DNA of 64,000 nucleotides from Candidatus Omnitrophota bacterium (lineage in GTDB: Bacteria; Omnitrophota; Gorgyraeia; Zapsychrales; Fredricksoniimonadaceae): positions 52,295-116,294 of the forward strand of contig JBAXRK010000006.1 of assembly GCA_037131245.1 (NCBI GenBank), given 5' to 3'. Positions 6,481-15,773 of the stretch are shown piece after piece. Every line of letters begins with the position of its first letter. The stretch's first letter is position 1. Below the pieces are notes generated by a model, which did not search any database, was not told the DNA's origin, and saw only the letters and a program-made list of their open reading frames with translations. The position numbers and the translations under genes were made by a program.

Positions 6481-8610
6481 GTGTACGCGACGGAGATTTT
6501 CACCAAGATCGTAAAGCGTAACGGGGCAGAGGTCGATTTTGACGCGGCTAAGATCACCAAGGCGCTTCTTAAGGCCGGACAGGTTACGGGAGAATTCGGC
6601 GAGGATGCCGCCCAGAAGCTGACCATCCGGGTCTTGAACCTTGCTTTGCAGGTGTACAGCAAGCGCTTGCCCACCGTTGAAGGGATCCAGGATATTGTGG
6701 AAGAGGTCTTGCTGACGTCCCCCTACAAGCAGACCGCCAAGGCTTATGTGATCTACCGTGACCAGCGCTCCCGTTCGCGCGAGATCACCTCCATGTTCAA
6801 TGTCGACCTGGTCGATAAGTATCTTGCCCGCCGCGACTGGAAGGTTAAAGAGAATTCCAATATGGCCTACTCGCTTCAGGGCCTTAATCATTACATATCG
6901 TCGGAGATTTCGCAGGCTTACTGGCTTAATAAGGTTTATCCCGGAGAGATCCGCGATGCCCATGCCAATGGGGATCAGCATATCCACGACCTGGGGAGTA
7001 TCAGTGTTTACTGCGTGGGTTGGGATCTGTACGATCTTCTTCTCCAGGGCTTCCAGGGGGCTTCTGGTAAGGCGGAATCGCGCCCGGCCAAGCATTTCCG
7101 CTCGGCGCTGGGCCAGGTGGTCAATTTCTTTTATACGCTTCAGGGTGAGGCGGCCGGCGCGCAGGCTTTTTCGAATTTTGATACGTTGTTGGCTCCGTTT
7201 ATCCAGTATGACGGCCTTTCCTATAAGGAAGTCCGCCAGGCTTTGCAGGAATTTCTGTTCAACGTTAATGTTCCGACCCGCGTCGGTTTCCAGACCCCGT
7301 TCACGAATGTCACCATGGATGTCCGTGTCCCGACTTATTATAAAGACAAAGGGGTTATTGTCGGCGGTGAGGTTCAGGAAAAGACCTACAGTGAGTTTCA
7401 GAAGGAAATGGATATGTTCAACAAGGCGTTCCTGGAGGTTATGCTCGAGGGCGATGCCAAGGGGCGGGTGTTCACGTTCCCGATCCCGACCTATAACATC
7501 ACCAAGGATTTTGACTGGGACAATCCCGAGCTCAAGCCCTTGTGGGACATGGCGGGGAAGTACGGTATCCCGTATTTCACGAATTATATCAATTCCGATA
7601 TGAGCCCCGATGATGCCCGCAGCATGTGTTGCCGTCTGCGTATCGATAACCGCCAGCTTAACGCGCGTGGCGGCGGGCTGTTCGGCGCGGCGCCGCTTAC
7701 GGGTTCTATCGGTGTTGTGACCATCAATATGCCGCGGTTGGGTTATGCTTGCAAGAATGAAGAGACCTTCTTTGCCGCTCTGGAGCATCAGATGATCCTG
7801 GCCAAGGAAAGCCTGGAGATCAAGCGCAAGATCCTCGAAAAGTTCACCGACGACAATCTTTACCCCTATATGAAGTTTTATTTGCGCACCATGCGTTCCC
7901 GCTTCGGCCAGTACTGGAAGAATCATTTCTCGACCATCGGCCTGGTGGGGATGAACGAATGTTGCATGAACTTCTTGGGTGAGAATATTTCCACGCCTAA
8001 GGGAAAGAAGTTCGCGGAAGACACGTTGGATTTCATGCGCAAGGTCCTTATCAAGTTCCAGGAGGAGACCGGCAGTAATTATAACCTGGAGGCCACCCCG
8101 GCGGAGGGCGTGACCTACCGCCTGGCGCGCATGGACAAGGAAATGTATCCGGACCTCAAGCGTGATTGCCCGCAGGAAGCCGCCGGTGGCGAGCCGTTCT
8201 ATTCCAACTCGACACATTTGCCGGTGCATTTTACGGATGATATCTTTGAGCTTTTCGATCATCAAGATTCCCTGCAGGCCAAGTACACGGGGGGGACCGT
8301 CATCCATGTATTCGTCGGAGAGCGGATCGAGAACACCGACGCGGTCAAGCAGTTCGTCCGGACCGTTTGCGAAAAGTATTCGTTGCCGTATTTTACAATA
8401 TCGCCGACGTTCAGTGTCTGCCCGGCTTGCGGATACATTGCCGGTGAGCATCAGAACTGCCCGACTTGCGCGAGCGAGACCGAGGTTTATTCGCGGATCG
8501 TCGGGTATTTGCGCCCGGTCAGCCAGTGGAACAATGGAAAAAAAGCCGAGTTCCTCCAGAGAAAGACGTATAGCGTATGCTCCTCGGGGGCCTGCTCAAG
8601 TTCACACTGA
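6481..8610 (+). CDS. nrdD: Anaerobic (class III) ribonucleoside-triphosphate reductase
   Basis: It has an N-terminal ATP-cone (IVKRNGAEVDFDAAKITKAL), the catalytic core (NSDMSPDDARSMCCRLR), a C-terminal Zn ribbon (CPACGYIAGEHQNCPTC) and the glycyl-radical motif (SRIVGYLRP). The start is GTG, preceded by GGGGGTGA. Confidence 0.95.
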   Translation: MYATEIFTKIVKRNGAEVDFDAAKITKALLKAGQVTGEFGEDAAQKLTIRVLNLALQVYSKRLPTVEGIQDIVEEVLLTSPYKQTAKAYVIYRDQRSRSREITSMFNVDLVDKYLARRDWKVKENSNMAYSLQGLNHYISSEISQAYWLNKVYPGEIRDAHANGDQHIHDLGSISVYCVGWDLYDLLLQGFQGASGKAESRPAKHFRSALGQVVNFFYTLQGEAAGAQAFSNFDTLLAPFIQYDGLSYKEVRQALQEFLFNVNVPTRVGFQTPFTNVTMDVRVPTYYKDKGVIVGGEVQEKTYSEFQKEMDMFNKAFLEVMLEGDAKGRVFTFPIPTYNITKDFDWDNPELKPLWDMAGKYGIPYFTNYINSDMSPDDARSMCCRLRIDNRQLNARGGGLFGAAPLTGSIGVVTINMPRLGYACKNEETFFAALEHQMILAKESLEIKRKILEKFTDDNLYPYMKFYLRTMRSRFGQYWKNHFSTIGLVGMNECCMNFLGENISTPKGKKFAEDTLDFMRKVLIKFQEETGSNYNLEATPAEGVTYRLARMDKEMYPDLKRDCPQEAAGGEPFYSNSTHLPVHFTDDIFELFDHQDSLQAKYTGGTVIHVFVGERIENTDAVKQFVRTVCEKYSLPYFTISPTFSVCPACGYIAGEHQNCPTCASETEVYSRIVGYLRPVSQWNNGKKAEFLQRKTYSVCSSGACSSSH

Positions 8611-9248
8611 TCGATTATCCGGGAAGGATCGCGGCGGTCATTTTCACCCAGGGGTGTAATTACCGCTGCCCTTTCTGCCATAACCCGGAACTGGTATTGC
8701 CCGACCTCTTTCACGCTCCTTTGGACGTGGAAGAGGTCTTTTCTTTTTTAGAAAAAAGGCGCGGTCAGTTGCAGGGTGTTGTGGTTACCGGCGGGGAGCC
8801 AACCGTTCATGCGGATCTGCCGCAATTCCTGGCCAGGATCAAAGACCTGGCGTATTTGGTCAAGCTTGATACGAATGGTTCTCGTCCCGAGGTTGTCAAG
8901 GCCCTGGTCGCGGCTGGAGTCGTTGATTACTGGGCGATGGACATAAAATCCTCCTTGGAAAACTATTGTAATGCGGCCGGTGTCCCTGCCGACATAGAGA
9001 AGGTAAAAGAGTCTATCGCGGCGATCAGAGGTTCGGGTGTCGCGTATGAGTTTCGTACGACGGCCGTCAAAGGGCTTGTTTCAGCCCAGGATGTCAGGGC
9101 GATCCGCGGCCTCATTGGGGCCGACACGAACTATCACGTGCGCCGGGGGAATCTGAAGTCGAAGCTCCTTGAGGCGGGGTTGGCAGACCGGTCGGATTTC
9201 TCATCCGAGGAGTGGGAACAAATTAAAATCAACGGAGGGATTAAATGA
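8577..9248 (+). CDS. nrdG: Anaerobic RNR activating radical-SAM enzyme
   Basis: LIDYPGRIAAVIFTQGCNYRCPFCHNPE is the classic NrdG/PflA-type motif. The gene overlaps the nrdD 3' end by 34 nt. Confidence 0.9.
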   Translation: MLLGGLLKFTLIDYPGRIAAVIFTQGCNYRCPFCHNPELVLPDLFHAPLDVEEVFSFLEKRRGQLQGVVVTGGEPTVHADLPQFLARIKDLAYLVKLDTNGSRPEVVKALVAAGVVDYWAMDIKSSLENYCNAAGVPADIEKVKESIAAIRGSGVAYEFRTTAVKGLVSAQDVRAIRGLIGADTNYHVRRGNLKSKLLEAGLADRSDFSSEEWEQIKINGGIK

Positions 9249-9862
9249 AGGTTCTTATCGTTAATTATTGCCCGCGTGGGGAACGCTCGCGGACCAAGGT
9301 GCTTTCTGATCACGCGGCAGCTTGCCTGAAGGCCAGGAAAGCCGTTCTTGAGGTCCTGGACCTGGCATCGGATATCCCGGACCTACTGACGCCGGAACGT
9401 GTGGCGGCATATTATCGCCGGAATTACGCGGGGGAGACCCTTAATGGCAAGGACACGGCCCTACTGGCCAAAATGGATCGCATGACGGATCAATTGGTCG
9501 CGGCTGACCTGGTCGTTGTGGCGTATCCGATGTATAATTTTTCTCAACCGGCTATTGTTAAGGCCTGGTTCGATTCGGTTATGCAAAAAGGCAAGACCTG
9601 GGATCTTACCCCGACGGGTTATGCCGGTTTACTGAAGGGCCGTAAGGCTCTTATTGTTACAACGAGCGGCGGGGCTTACGACGGTGATATGGCTTTCCTT
9701 GAACATAGTGTTTCTTTAAGCCGGGTGCATTTCGGTTTTATGGGTCATGAGACCGGATCGGTGATCGGGGCGGGTATCAACCGTTACCCGGAAAAAGAAG
9801 CCGAGATACTGGCTAAAGCTAAAACGGAGATTGAGACTGTTTTATCGGGCTTTGTTCTTTGA
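9245..9862 (+). CDS. Flavodoxin-like-fold FMN reductase (AzoR / NAD(P)H dehydrogenase (quinone) family)
   Basis: MKVLIVNYCPRGERSRTKVLSD...VVAYPMYNFSQPAIVKAWFD is the AzoR/ACP-phosphodiesterase-type pattern. Its start overlaps the nrdG stop in an ATGA overlap. Confidence 0.7.
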   Translation: MKVLIVNYCPRGERSRTKVLSDHAAACLKARKAVLEVLDLASDIPDLLTPERVAAYYRRNYAGETLNGKDTALLAKMDRMTDQLVAADLVVVAYPMYNFSQPAIVKAWFDSVMQKGKTWDLTPTGYAGLLKGRKALIVTTSGGAYDGDMAFLEHSVSLSRVHFGFMGHETGSVIGAGINRYPEKEAEILAKAKTEIETVLSGFVL

Positions 9863-9967
9863 CGATTTTATTTTACATTCGGCTGTTTTTAATGTATTCT
9901 TTCTCAAGTTTCCCCGATAACGATATCAACAGGCAACAGTGCCTCACCATAAAGAAAGGATCACCAA

Positions 9968-10507
9968 ATGAAAAAAGTTTTAGGAGTTTTTTCGGTCGTT
10001 CTTGTTTCATTGCTTATTGTCCGTTCAACGCCTGCTCATGCGCAGGATGCAGCTCCCGCTGCGGCGCCGGCCGCGGCGGTTACTGCTGATGCCGCTGTTG
10101 CTCCCGCGGCCCCCGCGGCGGTCACCACGGAAGAGGATAAGTTTTCGTTCGGCAAGGTTATTTCCGTTGCTGATGGCGTGGTAACGGTGAAGGAATATGA
10201 TTTCGCGAAAGATGTCGATGTAGAGACCTCGTATTCAGTGACCGCGGAGACCGAGCTGGGGAATATCAATGCGGTGGCCGACCTTAAAGCCGGCGATGAT
10301 ATCGTGATCGATTATCTTGATAAAGAGGGAAAGCGTGTTGTGACGACGCTGGTGAAAGAGGAGAAGGGTACGGAAGCAATGCCCGGTGAGGGCGAGGCCG
10401 CACAAGCGCCGGCGGCAGCCGCGGAAGTGCCGGCGGCAGCGACTGAACCGGCTCCGGCAGCAGTGCCCGAAGCGGCTCCTGCGGCGGAAGTTCCGGCTCA
10501 GAAGTAA
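9968..10507 (+). CDS. Secreted protein with Ala/Pro-rich linkers flanking a small beta domain
   Basis: The signal peptide is MKKVLGVFSVVLVSLLIVRSTPAHA|QD. AP-rich low-complexity tails surround the core FGKVISVADGVVTVKEYDF...DDIVIDYLDKEGKRVV. An AAAGGA RBS is present. Confidence 0.6.
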   Translation: MKKVLGVFSVVLVSLLIVRSTPAHAQDAAPAAAPAAAVTADAAVAPAAPAAVTTEEDKFSFGKVISVADGVVTVKEYDFAKDVDVETSYSVTAETELGNINAVADLKAGDDIVIDYLDKEGKRVVTTLVKEEKGTEAMPGEGEAAQAPAAAAEVPAAATEPAPAAVPEAAPAAEVPAQK

Positions 10508-10540
10508 AGGCCACGGCTGGTTTGTCCTTGGGGAGAGATC

Positions 10541-10783
10541 ATGGAAAAAGGGAAAGTTAAGTGGTTCGACCGTAAGAAGGGCTATGGTTTCGTGACCAAG
10601 TCGGACGGCAAGGATGTGTACGCCCATTACAGCAGTATTCAGGCGGAGGGATTCAAGTATTTGGTCGACGGTGAAGAGGTCGAGTTCGAGGTTCAGGAGG
10701 ACGATCGTGGATTGAAGGCGGTCAATATTATCCATCTTGATCCGCCGCCGGAGAAACCCCGTAAAGAACGGGTCGACGTTTAA
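10541..10783 (+). CDS. cspA: Cold-shock protein (CspA family) with a short C-terminal extension
   Basis: GKVKWFDRKKGYGFV carries RNP1 (KGYGFV) and DVYAHYS carries an RNP2-like motif. A GGGGAGAG RBS is present. Confidence 0.92.
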   Translation: MEKGKVKWFDRKKGYGFVTKSDGKDVYAHYSSIQAEGFKYLVDGEEVEFEVQEDDRGLKAVNIIHLDPPPEKPRKERVDV

Positions 10784-10806
10784 ATAACGGTTGTTGATCA
10801 AAAACG

Positions 10807-10850
10807 ACAGGCACTAATTATTTGCTTTTTCAAGAATAGTTAGTGCCTGT
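10807..10850 (+). terminator. Long-loop hairpin after cspA (possible terminator or processing site)
   Basis: A perfect 11-bp stem (ACAGGCACTAA at 10807-10817 / TTAGTGCCTGT at 10840-10850) has a 22-nt loop and is followed by TGTTATTAT. The U-tract is weak. Confidence 0.4.
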
Positions 10851-10870
10851 TGTTATTATCCAGGGATGTC

Positions 10871-11437
10871 ATGAGTTTGATCGTTATCTTTTTTACAGCT
10901 ATTGGGTTGTCGATGGATGCGTTCGCGGTCGCGCTTGCCAGCGGCAGCGCGGCGGGCAGTTCTCGCGTCCGGCACGCCTTGCGTCTGGGCGGGGCTTTTG
11001 GCGCCGCACAAATGCTGATGCCGCTCTTGGGTTGGTTCTTAGGGGTGCGGCTCAAACAGGTCATCCTTTCGTACGATCATTGGATCGCGTTCGTCCTGTT
11101 AAGTGGCATCGGCCTGAAAATGATCTGGGAGTCTTTCAGTGAGGATGATTGTGCCAAGGAGGGCTCTTTGCCGATCACTCGTCGTCGTCTTTTCCTGCTT
11201 TCTGTTGCTACGTCGATCGATGCCCTAGCGGTGGGGGTAACTTTTGCTTTTCTCGATTGCCCTGTGGTCCTGGCTTCCGTGATCATCGGAGCGGTCACGT
11301 TTGTTCTGGCGGGGGCGGGTGCTATTATTGGTTGTTTCTGCTGCTGTGTATGGGGTCGCCGGGCAGAACGGTTGGGCGCGGTAATCCTTATTCTGATAGG
11401 CCTTAAGATATTGCTGGAGCATACATGGACCATGTGA
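10871..11437 (+). CDS. mntP: Manganese efflux pump MntP
   Basis: MSLIVIFFTAIGLSMDAFAVALA, and a second half with SVATSIDALAVGVTF, give the duplicated DUF204/MntP signature in a 6-TM protein. Confidence 0.85.
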   Translation: MSLIVIFFTAIGLSMDAFAVALASGSAAGSSRVRHALRLGGAFGAAQMLMPLLGWFLGVRLKQVILSYDHWIAFVLLSGIGLKMIWESFSEDDCAKEGSLPITRRRLFLLSVATSIDALAVGVTFAFLDCPVVLASVIIGAVTFVLAGAGAIIGCFCCCVWGRRAERLGAVILILIGLKILLEHTWTM

Positions 11438-11766
11438 ACCGGATGGCTGTGGTTGTTTTTTTTCGGGAGCCTTTCGTTGACTGGCTTAACAGTATTGACC
11501 CGGATAAACCGGTCTGGATGGGGTCTCTGGCTGAGCGCGGCAATGTTTATTTGATCCCCGAGTTTGAGAGTATTGATGAGGCGGAAGACCACGTGGAAGA
11601 GATATTCGATGAGATCTTTGCCAATGAGCTTTCTGAGTGGCATACGGATCAGTCCTTATGGCCGGTGGAACGGACGTATGATATGTTCCTGGAATGGTTC
11701 GATGTTCTTTTTGACGTGGCGGTTTTCGACACCATCGGCGAGACCGATGATGATACGCATAATTAG
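11425..11766 (+). CDS. Small acidic cytoplasmic protein, unknown function
   Basis: A GGAG sits 5 nt upstream of ATG 11425. The protein is highly acidic (EFESIDEAEDHVEEIFDEIF...GETDDD) and I recognise no motif. It overlaps the mntP stop by 13 nt. Confidence 0.5.
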   Translation: MDHVNRMAVVVFFREPFVDWLNSIDPDKPVWMGSLAERGNVYLIPEFESIDEAEDHVEEIFDEIFANELSEWHTDQSLWPVERTYDMFLEWFDVLFDVAVFDTIGETDDDTHN

Positions 11767-11790
11767 GACGGTCGATATTTTATAATAAAG

Positions 11791-11819
11791 TTGCCTGGGG
11801 ATGTTTTACGTCCTAATAT
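11791..11819 (+). promoter_or_regulatory. Putative sigma70 promoter (TTGCCT-17 nt-TAATAT)
   Basis: TTGCCT at 11791-11796 and TAATAT at 11814-11819 lie upstream of the coiled-coil gene. Confidence 0.35.
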
Positions 11820-11836
11820 GGGATACGATAACCTAT

Positions 11837-12556
11837 ATGAATAAAAAAGCCGTTTATCCCATTATATTGTTTTTTTTATTTCCTTTTTCTATTGTGCTTG
11901 CGGCGGATCCGCTGGTCACGGCTGATGAGAGTTACTTTCTTCAGCAGGAAGCTGTTAAGGCGCGCGCCCAAGCCAATGAAAAAGGTGAACTTGTTAAAAA
12001 GATGGCACTTGAAGCCGTGGCTGCCAAGGATGAATTGACGGCGGTCCAGGCGGAGAGGGATGCTCTTCAAGGGCGTGTTTTTGCCCTGCAACAAAGCCTT
12101 CTCGAACGCGATCGTAATGAACCCCGAAAAATGGAACAAGCCGCCGCGCCGTTTCGTTCCCGGATGGAAGACCTTGAACAGCAGGTTCAGGTCCTTAAAC
12201 TAACGGTTGGACAGAAGAGTGCCAAGGCGGATGAATTAAGCAATGAGCGCATCGCCCTGTCGCTTGAGCTTGACAAGATATCTGCCGAGAAACAGGCCCT
12301 GCGGGATGAATTACGCAAGATGGCGGATCAGCTGCAGGGGATAAAGGCTCTGACGGATAATAAGGCTTCGGATGAGCGTAATTCCTGTCAGGAAAAGATC
12401 AAAGACCTTCAGGCACGCTTATCGGCGGAACAGACACTGGCGGGTGAAAAGGCCAGGCAGGCCAAGAAGCCGCTGGAGGAGAAGAATGTGGCTTTGACCG
12501 CACAGGCCAATGATCTTAAGCGGGAGCTTGAGGCGTTAAAGCGTAAGGTTAAGTAG
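11837..12556 (+). CDS. Secreted or membrane-anchored coiled-coil protein
   Basis: ATG 11837 gives MNKKAVYPIILFFLFPFSIVLAADPL (signal or anchor). The rest is heptad-like and rich in E, K, Q, L and A. Confidence 0.6.
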   Translation: MNKKAVYPIILFFLFPFSIVLAADPLVTADESYFLQQEAVKARAQANEKGELVKKMALEAVAAKDELTAVQAERDALQGRVFALQQSLLERDRNEPRKMEQAAAPFRSRMEDLEQQVQVLKLTVGQKSAKADELSNERIALSLELDKISAEKQALRDELRKMADQLQGIKALTDNKASDERNSCQEKIKDLQARLSAEQTLAGEKARQAKKPLEEKNVALTAQANDLKRELEALKRKVK

Positions 12557-12567
12557 TTAAGGGCGCC

Positions 12568-13653
12568 ATGGATAAGGAAAAAGACCGTTTGTTCTTTGTT
12601 TGGCTGTTCGGCGTGGCCTTGCTTGGTGGCGTGGCGGTCCTGGCCATGACAGCGCCCTATGGTTTGGGTATTACGGCCGGATCGGTAGCCAGTCTGCAGG
12701 CCGCAAAGAATTTCTTGCTGGGAAATGGTTTGTCTTCTTTTGACCAGGCAGGATTACCCTCGCCGTTGACCACCCATTCGCCCGTGTTTCCTCTGCTTCT
12801 TTCGGCCGCCTGGTTCCTGGGGTTAAGTTTTACGGAATGGGCGCGTTTCTTGAACACTGCTTTTTTCATGGCCAGCATTTTCCTGGCAGGTTGTATTGTC
12901 TATAGGTGGCAAGGGGGGCGTTTTTCCTCTTTGCTGGTTTCATTGGCTTTTTTGTTTTGTGCGCCGCTTGTGATGTCGTGCGGGATCCTTTCATCTGGCC
13001 CCTTGTTCTTTGTTTTGGTTTTATTGTGGTTGTGGGCCTCTTTGGTTTACGCCGGATCAGGCGGTCGCGCGGCTCTTTCGGCGGCGGCTTTTTGCGCGGG
13101 GCTTCTTGTTCTGCTGGTTTTTAGGCCAGCGTTCTTGAGTTCTTTTAACGGTGTGCCGGTATGGTTCTGGATCCCAACGCTAGTTATTTTAGTTATTGTT
13201 TTAAACCGCCCTCTGGGATATTGGGATACAAAGACGATAAGCGGAAAAGTGATCTTGTTTGTGCTGGTTTGTTCTTTTGGCCTTGCCGGGACACTGGCTG
13301 TTCGGGCGGGGGTGGATCTTTACCGTTCGGGATATGGATATTCTTCGAAAGCATCCGGGGCGTCAAAGCTCGCGGTAACATTGCGGTCTCTAGATGACCG
13401 CGTCCCTGTGTATTCTAATGACCCTGCGGGCGTATATTATTTCACGGGCCGCCCGGCCGTGAAGATCCCCGAGGGTGTCGCCGACAGGTTGGTCATGAAG
13501 GACGATTTTGTCAAGCGCCGGGCGGTGGCGGTGCTCTTTACGCCGGAGAGCTTCCGTCCGGGAAAGAAATGGGACGAATTGGCCGTCTTTGCCGGGTTGG
13601 AGGCCCTCTTTAAGGATGGCGCCGGGAACATCCTCGGGGTCCGGAAAAAATAG
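12568..13653 (+). CDS. Polytopic inner-membrane protein with C-terminal periplasmic domain, unknown function
   Basis: There are about 8 hydrophobic segments and then a soluble tail (VPVYSNDPAGVYYFTGRPAVKIPEG...). It loosely resembles the GT-C/ArnT-type layout, but no catalytic motif was verified. Confidence 0.55.
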   Translation: MDKEKDRLFFVWLFGVALLGGVAVLAMTAPYGLGITAGSVASLQAAKNFLLGNGLSSFDQAGLPSPLTTHSPVFPLLLSAAWFLGLSFTEWARFLNTAFFMASIFLAGCIVYRWQGGRFSSLLVSLAFLFCAPLVMSCGILSSGPLFFVLVLLWLWASLVYAGSGGRAALSAAAFCAGLLVLLVFRPAFLSSFNGVPVWFWIPTLVILVIVLNRPLGYWDTKTISGKVILFVLVCSFGLAGTLAVRAGVDLYRSGYGYSSKASGASKLAVTLRSLDDRVPVYSNDPAGVYYFTGRPAVKIPEGVADRLVMKDDFVKRRAVAVLFTPESFRPGKKWDELAVFAGLEALFKDGAGNILGVRKK

Positions 13654-13733
13654 GTGAGCAAGATTTGGGTTTACGGCAGGCGTTTTGGGATGTATAGTTT
13701 TGCACGACTTTTTATCAATAATCGGGGGAGAGT

Positions 13734-14036
13734 ATGATCAAGCATATTGTGATGTGGAAGCTTAAGGAAACCGCTCACGGCAAGAGCCGTTTGGAGAATG
13801 CCAAGGTGATCAAGGACATGCTGGAGTCTTTGCAGGGGAAAGTGCCCGGACTTCTTAAGATCGAAGCCGGCATTGATTTCAGCGGTACGGAACAGTCGGC
13901 GGATGTGGTCCTTTATTCGGAATTCACCACCCGTGAGGCGCTCGAGGAATACCAGACGCACGCGGCGCATGAAGCCGTTAAGATCTATCTGATGGGCGCC
14001 CGCAGCGAGCGCAGGATCGCTGATTACGAAGTTTAA
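13734..14036 (+). CDS. Dabb (stress-responsive alpha/beta-barrel) family protein
   Basis: MIKHIVMWKLKE...DVVLYSEFTTREALEEYQTHAAHEAV is the typical Dabb-domain pattern. A GGGGGAG RBS is present. Confidence 0.85.
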   Translation: MIKHIVMWKLKETAHGKSRLENAKVIKDMLESLQGKVPGLLKIEAGIDFSGTEQSADVVLYSEFTTREALEEYQTHAAHEAVKIYLMGARSERRIADYEV

Positions 14037-14071
14037 GGTTTCTCTCCGGTCTTTTTTTAAAAGGAGTGGTC

Positions 14072-14566
14072 ATGAACAAGTTACTCGGTTTATTATTGGC
14101 GTCGATGTTTTGTTTAACGACTGGCGTCGTGCACGCGGAGGACGCGGTGGTGGCGGCCGGCAAGAAGATCAAATTTGACTATACGTTGACGGTGGATAAA
14201 GAAGTTGTTGAGACCAGCCAGGGTAAAACGCCGCTGGAATATAATCCCGGTCGGGGGGAGTTGATCCCCGGTCTGGAGAAGGAAATGCTTGGCATGAAGG
14301 TTGGCGAAAGCAAGACGGTTGTGGTTAAGCCGGAAGATGGTTATGGCCTGGTGCGCGAGGATGCTTTCCGTGATTTTGACCGAGCCAAGATGCCCAAGGA
14401 TGTTGAGCCCAAGGTTGGCATGGTATTAGAGATGCAAGATGAGAGCGGCACCTCGTTCCCGGCGGCCGTTGCTGAGGTCAATGATAAGACCGTTAAGCTG
14501 AATTTTAATCATCCGCTGGCAGGTAAAGAGCTTAAGTTCGATGTTAAGGTGGTCGCGATCGAATGA
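14072..14566 (+). CDS. Periplasmic FKBP-type peptidyl-prolyl cis-trans isomerase
   Basis: ATG 14072 lies 5 nt after AAGGAG. The signal peptide is MNKLLGLLLASMFCLTTGVVHA|ED. FKBP motifs are KIKFDYTLTVD, GELIPGLEKEMLGMKVGESKTVVVKPEDGYG and LNFNHPLAGKELKFDVKVV. Confidence 0.88.
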   Translation: MNKLLGLLLASMFCLTTGVVHAEDAVVAAGKKIKFDYTLTVDKEVVETSQGKTPLEYNPGRGELIPGLEKEMLGMKVGESKTVVVKPEDGYGLVREDAFRDFDRAKMPKDVEPKVGMVLEMQDESGTSFPAAVAEVNDKTVKLNFNHPLAGKELKFDVKVVAIE

Positions 14567-15237
14567 TCCTTCAGGGCGGACCGCTTGATTATTTAGTGGC
14601 GCTTGGCGCCGGGGTGGCGGTCAGTTTTACGCCGTGCGCGTATCCATTGTTGCCTATCACGGTGGCGGTGGTGGCCGGGGCGAATACCCAGGGCGGACGT
14701 TTGAACGGTTTTGTTCTTTCTTTGATCTATGTGCTCGGCCTGGCGGTGTCTTACAGCCTGCTGGCCATGGTGGCGGTGCTGACGGGTAGGGTTTTCGGCA
14801 CCATTCAGAACAACCCCTGGGTTTTTCTGGTTATCGGAAATATTATTCTGTTCTTTGCTCTGGTAATGCTCGATGTTATTCCGTTCTCTGTTTTTACGCT
14901 GACCGGGCCGGGAGCATCCCGTCCCAGGGGGCGCCGGGCATTATTCTTGATGGGGGCGGCCTCGGGGTTTGTGATCGGCCCCTGTACTGCGCCGATCCTT
15001 GGCTCTTTGCTGGTTTATATTGCGTCCAAGCAGAATTTGCTTTATGGGATGAGCCTGCTGTTTGTTTTTGCTTTGGGCCTGGGAACGGCCTTGATCCTGG
15101 CGGGTACCTTCGGCGGATTCTTATCGGCATTGCCCAAATCAGGCAAGTGGATGAACGTGGTGAAAAAAACGGCGGGTTTCGCTCTTATTATTATTGCTGA
15201 ATTCTTGATCCTACGGGCCGGGTCTTTCTGGGTTTGA
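14563..15237 (+). CDS. ccdA: Cytochrome c biogenesis / thiol-disulfide electron transporter CcdA (DsbD TM-domain family)
   Basis: SFTPCAYPLLPI and GPCTAPILGSLL are the two conserved Cys-containing motifs. The protein has 6 TM segments. An ATGA overlap links it to the FKBP gene. Confidence 0.88.
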   Translation: MILQGGPLDYLVALGAGVAVSFTPCAYPLLPITVAVVAGANTQGGRLNGFVLSLIYVLGLAVSYSLLAMVAVLTGRVFGTIQNNPWVFLVIGNIILFFALVMLDVIPFSVFTLTGPGASRPRGRRALFLMGAASGFVIGPCTAPILGSLLVYIASKQNLLYGMSLLFVFALGLGTALILAGTFGGFLSALPKSGKWMNVVKKTAGFALIIIAEFLILRAGSFWV

Positions 15238-15274
15238 CGTGTTTAACATGTTATAATTCTCCAAAGGAGATGTT

Positions 15275-15760
15275 ATGAGATCGTTGATGGGATATTTTGT
15301 AGCTGGTTTTATATTATTGTCTTCTGGTTGCGCGAATGCCGGTTTTTACGACAATCCGTTGATCGGGGCGAAGGCGGCAGATTTCAAGTTGGTTCAGGTT
15401 AAGGGTGGGACAGCGTCGCTTGAGAGCTTGCGTAAAGACGGCAAAGCCGTTGTTTTCTTTTGGGCGACCTGGTGCCCGCATTGCCGTGAACAGCTCAAGG
15501 AAATGAGCACGCAGAAAGTGGCGCTGGAAAAGCTCGGCGCGGCGGTGATCCTGGTCGATATCGGCGAGGATAAGTCGACGGTCGAGCGGTTTTTGTCGGC
15601 CAAGGGCTATGATTACAATGTCCTGCTGGATACTGATTCGGCGGTGGCGGAGAAGTATCAGGTGGTAGGCGTTCCGACGATCGTTTTCATCGGTGCGGAC
15701 GGCAAGATCCTCGAAGAGATGAACGGCTTCCCTGAGAATTACGCCGAGATCCTAAAATAA
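15275..15760 (+). CDS. Periplasmic thioredoxin-fold thiol-disulfide oxidoreductase (TlpA/ResA family)
   Basis: It has a signal or lipoprotein-like N-terminus (ILLSSGCANA) and the active site FFWATWCPHCREQLKEM. An AAAGGAGA RBS is present. Confidence 0.88.
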   Translation: MRSLMGYFVAGFILLSSGCANAGFYDNPLIGAKAADFKLVQVKGGTASLESLRKDGKAVVFFWATWCPHCREQLKEMSTQKVALEKLGAAVILVDIGEDKSTVERFLSAKGYDYNVLLDTDSAVAEKYQVVGVPTIVFIGADGKILEEMNGFPENYAEILK

Positions 15761-15773
15761 AAGAAATACTTGC

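Noticed and set aside
6433-8451. A 672-aa ORF lies antisense to nrdD.
   Set aside because: The + strand product is unmistakably NrdD (ATP-cone, glycyl-radical motif). The antisense translation is R/L/G/H-rich with no motif, RBS or sensible start. It is a typical shadow ORF caused by codon bias.
9859-10089. A 76-aa ORF overlaps the start of the secreted AP-rich protein gene.
   Set aside because: It is out of frame with, and overlapped by, a gene that has a clear RBS and signal peptide. It has no RBS or motif of its own.
10784-10870. I expected a yybP-ykoY manganese riboswitch upstream of mntP.
   Set aside because: The 87-nt gap contains only one long-loop hairpin (10807-10850). None of the conserved yybP-ykoY four-way-junction sequence is visible, and the gap is too short for that aptamer.
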